Positions 35,158-39,619 of a stretch of DNA of 39,619 nucleotides are shown here, one piece after another. The notes beneath the pieces were generated by a model. The model saw only the letters and a list, made by a program, of their open reading frames with translations, made no database searches and was not told the origin of the DNA. Each line of letters starts with the position of its first letter. Positions within the stretch are counted from its first letter, which is position 1. Origin of the DNA: Kofleriaceae bacterium (GTDB lineage Bacteria > Myxococcota_A > Polyangia > Haliangiales > Haliangiaceae); NCBI GenBank assembly GCA_046597055.1, contig JBKJLC010000108.1, positions 1-39,619 on the forward strand, given 5' to 3'. A program made the position numbers and the translations under genes.

Positions 35158-36159
35158 ATGGCGCGCGTGCCTCTCACCGTGCTGATCACGGGCGCGAGCA
35201 CCGGGCTCGGCCTCGCCCTGGCGTTGCGGATCCGGCGCGAGCCCGGGTACCGGCTGGTCCTGACCGCGCGCCGCGCCGCGCTGGCGCGGTTTGCGACCGT
35301 CGGCCTGGTCGAGGACGAACGGCTCTGGCTGCGCCCGCTCGACGTCACCCGCGACCACGAGCGGCGCGCGGTGGTCGCCGAGATCGACGCGCGCTGGGGC
35401 GGGGTCGACGTGCTGGTCAACAACGCCGGCGTGGCCTACCGGTCGGTCCTCGAGCACGTGGCCGAGGCCGACTTCCTCGATCAAATGGAGGTCAACTACG
35501 TCGGGCCGGTCGAGCTGATCCGGCTGGTGCTGCCATCGATGCGGGCGCGCCGGGCCGGGCGCATCATCAACGTGTCGTCGGTCGGCGGCATGATGGCGAT
35601 GCCGACCATGGCGATCTACAGCGCGTCGAAGTTCGCGCTCGAGGGCGCGACCGAGGCGCTCTACTACGAGGTCCGGCCCTGGGGGATCGGGGTCAGCCTG
35701 ATCCAGCCCGGCTTCGTGAACTCGGAGTCGTTCGAGCACACCCGCTCGACCCACGACAGCGAGGCGTCGCAGGCCGATCTGGGCGAGGCCTACCACGCAC
35801 ATTACGAGCACATGTCGCCGTTCATCGCGCGGCTCATGCACGCGGCGCGGGCGACTCCCGACTCGATCGCGCAAAAGCTGCTGCGCACGATCGAGCGCCG
35901 CCGGCCACCGCTGCGGGTGCCGGTGACGATCGACGCCTGGCTGTTCGGCTGGCTGCGCCGCTACCTGCCGCGGCCGCTCTACCACTGGCTGCTCTACCGC
36001 TCGCTGCCCGGAGTGCGGCGCTGGGGCCGCGACCTGCCGGGGCCGGCCCCGGGCTCAGTCGCCGAGGTCGCAAGCGAAGAAGAGGATCAGCCGGGGCGGC
36101 GCCTGCTTGGTGTCGAGCATGGCGGGGCCGAGAAACAGGCCCGGGCGGAGCTCCCGTAG
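35158..36159 (+). CDS. Short-chain dehydrogenase/reductase (SDR)
   Basis: LITGASTGLG, DVLVNNAG, INVSSVGG and YSASKFALEG. Confidence 0.93.
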   Translation: MARVPLTVLITGASTGLGLALALRIRREPGYRLVLTARRAALARFATVGLVEDERLWLRPLDVTRDHERRAVVAEIDARWGGVDVLVNNAGVAYRSVLEHVAEADFLDQMEVNYVGPVELIRLVLPSMRARRAGRIINVSSVGGMMAMPTMAIYSASKFALEGATEALYYEVRPWGIGVSLIQPGFVNSESFEHTRSTHDSEASQADLGEAYHAHYEHMSPFIARLMHAARATPDSIAQKLLRTIERRRPPLRVPVTIDAWLFGWLRRYLPRPLYHWLLYRSLPGVRRWGRDLPGPAPGSVAEVASEEEDQPGRRLLGVEHGGAEKQARAELP

Positions 36160-36603
36160 CTCGTCGCGGATCATGCGGATCGGCTTCGGGTTCACCGCCA
36201 GATCGTAGTCGAGCAGGATGCACGGCGCGCCGTCGATCGCCGACGGCTCGACGCGGGTCTGGAACCGGAACCAGCGGCGGGCACCGGCGAGGCGCACGCG
36301 GTTGATGCCGTTGCCGCGCGCGTCGCTCTCGGCGGCGAAGCTCTTGCCGGCCCACGGGAACCAGCCGGCGCGCGCGGTCGCGCGGATCGCCGTGGCGCGG
36401 CGACCGCCGTCGAGCCCGCGGATCGCGAGCATCCGGCAGATCGGGTTGCCGTCGAGCGCGTGCAGCGACGCCGGCACGGTGCCGCGGCGGTACCCGGCCT
36501 CGAGCGCGACGACGTCCTGGGCGGCGAGCTCGTCGAGGGTGCGCGGCGCGGGCAGCGGCGGCGCCGCGACGTGGGGAACACGGGTGGTGGCGGTCTGCAT
36601 CAT
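36055..36603 (-). CDS. Hypothetical protein, co-transcribed with tetR
   Basis: ATGA overlap with the tetR stop; AGGAG RBS; globular-looking sequence (FPWAGKSF, GINRV, LDYD, IRDELRE, GLFLGPA). Confidence 0.8.
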   Translation of the reverse strand: MMQTATTRVPHVAAPPLPAPRTLDELAAQDVVALEAGYRRGTVPASLHALDGNPICRMLAIRGLDGGRRATAIRATARAGWFPWAGKSFAAESDARGNGINRVRLAGARRWFRFQTRVEPSAIDGAPCILLDYDLAVNPKPIRMIRDELRELRPGLFLGPAMLDTKQAPPRLILFFACDLGD

Positions 36604-37238
36604 GGGCGGTCTCCTGGCAGGGCGGAACGGGGGGCGTGCGACGCGATCGCGTCCCACGCGGTGGTCTCGACCTGCTGGCACAGGTCGTCGGTGAGCACGA
36701 AGTAGCCGGCGCGCGCCGCCTTCACCATCCCGACGAAGGCGCCCCACACCGTCACGATCAGCGCCGGCGCCGCGACGGCCTTGAGCGCGCCGGCGGCGCG
36801 GCCCTGCTCGACCACGCGGGCGATCGGCAACAGCACCCGTAGCTCGAGCGCGCGCGAGTCGGCGTCGAGGTAGTCGCCGTGGTGGTGGAGCTCGAGGAAG
36901 TTGAACGCCCGCGGGTGCGTGGTGGCGAACCGGTACAGCGCCCACCACAGCAGGTGAAACTGGGTCCGGTACGGCGCGCCGTCGGGCACCGCGGCCAGCG
37001 CGGCGCCGAGCTGCGCCTTGCAGGCGCGGTAGACCTGGTTGACCAGGGCTTCCTTGCTGGCGACGTGGCGGTAGATGGATCCGGGCGCGATGTCGGCGGC
37101 GGCGGCCAGATCGGGGATGGACGTGCCGTGGAACCCGCGCTCGGCGAACAGGGTGAGCGCGGCGTCGAGCAGCTGGTCCTTGCGGCCCGGCGCCGCGGGC
37201 CGGCCACGCGGTCGCTTGTTTTGCGAATGAACGATCAC
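36600..37238 (-). CDS. TetR/AcrR family transcriptional regulator
   Basis: HTH LLDAALTLFAERGFHGTSIPDLAAAADIAPGSIYRHVASKEAL; start uncertain (GTG 37238 or TTG 37244). Confidence 0.92.
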   Translation of the reverse strand: MIVHSQNKRPRGRPAAPGRKDQLLDAALTLFAERGFHGTSIPDLAAAADIAPGSIYRHVASKEALVNQVYRACKAQLGAALAAVPDGAPYRTQFHLLWWALYRFATTHPRAFNFLELHHHGDYLDADSRALELRVLLPIARVVEQGRAAGALKAVAAPALIVTVWGAFVGMVKAARAGYFVLTDDLCQQVETTAWDAIASHAPRSALPGDRP

Positions 37239-37246
37239 TCGCAAAA
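37219..37246. promoter_or_regulatory. Palindromic TetR-type operator over the tetR start
   Basis: TTTTGCGAATGA-ACGA-TCACTCGCAAAA: 12-bp arms with one mismatch, AT-rich in a very GC-rich background. Confidence 0.75.
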
Positions 37247-37305
37247 TAGATAGCGCGGCCTACCCGCCGCTGTCCACTCGTATTTACACGGGGGAAAGAC
37301 CGACG

Positions 37306-37334
37306 TGGACACCCGCGACGGCAGCGGCTAGCCT
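37306..37334 (+). promoter_or_regulatory. Putative sigma70 promoter of the ygiQ-like gene
   Basis: TGGACA-17 bp-TAGCCT, 12 nt upstream of ATG 37347. Confidence 0.5.
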
Positions 37335-37346
37335 CCGCGGTCCGCC

Positions 37347-39614
<2,268 letters not shown>

Positions 39615-39619
39615 GCCCG

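Overview
Very GC-rich window whose gene content and order look myxobacterial (an inference). About 24 kb is signal transduction. (1) A soluble poly-HAMP/GAF hybrid histidine kinase carrying a methyl-accepting coiled coil, followed by its own cheR and a receiver-less cheB (MAC-type arrangement). (2) Tail-to-tail with it, a complete chemosensory operon cheY-cheA-cheW-mcp-HEAT-cheR-cheB with the gene order of Myxococcus Che7; its sensor-less receptor is a very long, symmetric 842-aa hairpin. (3) A divergent REC-PAS-HK-REC kinase. (4) A flavin amine oxidase plus amidase pair, a probable gene remnant and a lipoprotein. (5) An internally duplicated [multi-TM + Ser/Thr kinase]x2 protein, divergent from a three-gene cluster: YqiJ/NfeD-like membrane protein, SPFH/flotillin and a 1781-aa coiled-coil AAA+ ATPase, with a nested REP-like palindrome inside it. 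(6) A REC-GGDEF diguanylate cyclase behind a sigma54-type promoter, an SDR, a TetR regulator with a palindromic operator plus its target gene, and a YgiQ-family radical SAM protein. No rRNA, tRNA, CRISPR array, transposase or integrase was seen. The best candidates for poorly described biology are the flotillin/giant-ATPase cluster with its divergent double kinase, and the giant symmetric chemoreceptor. All family assignments come from recognising motifs by eye, not from database searches.
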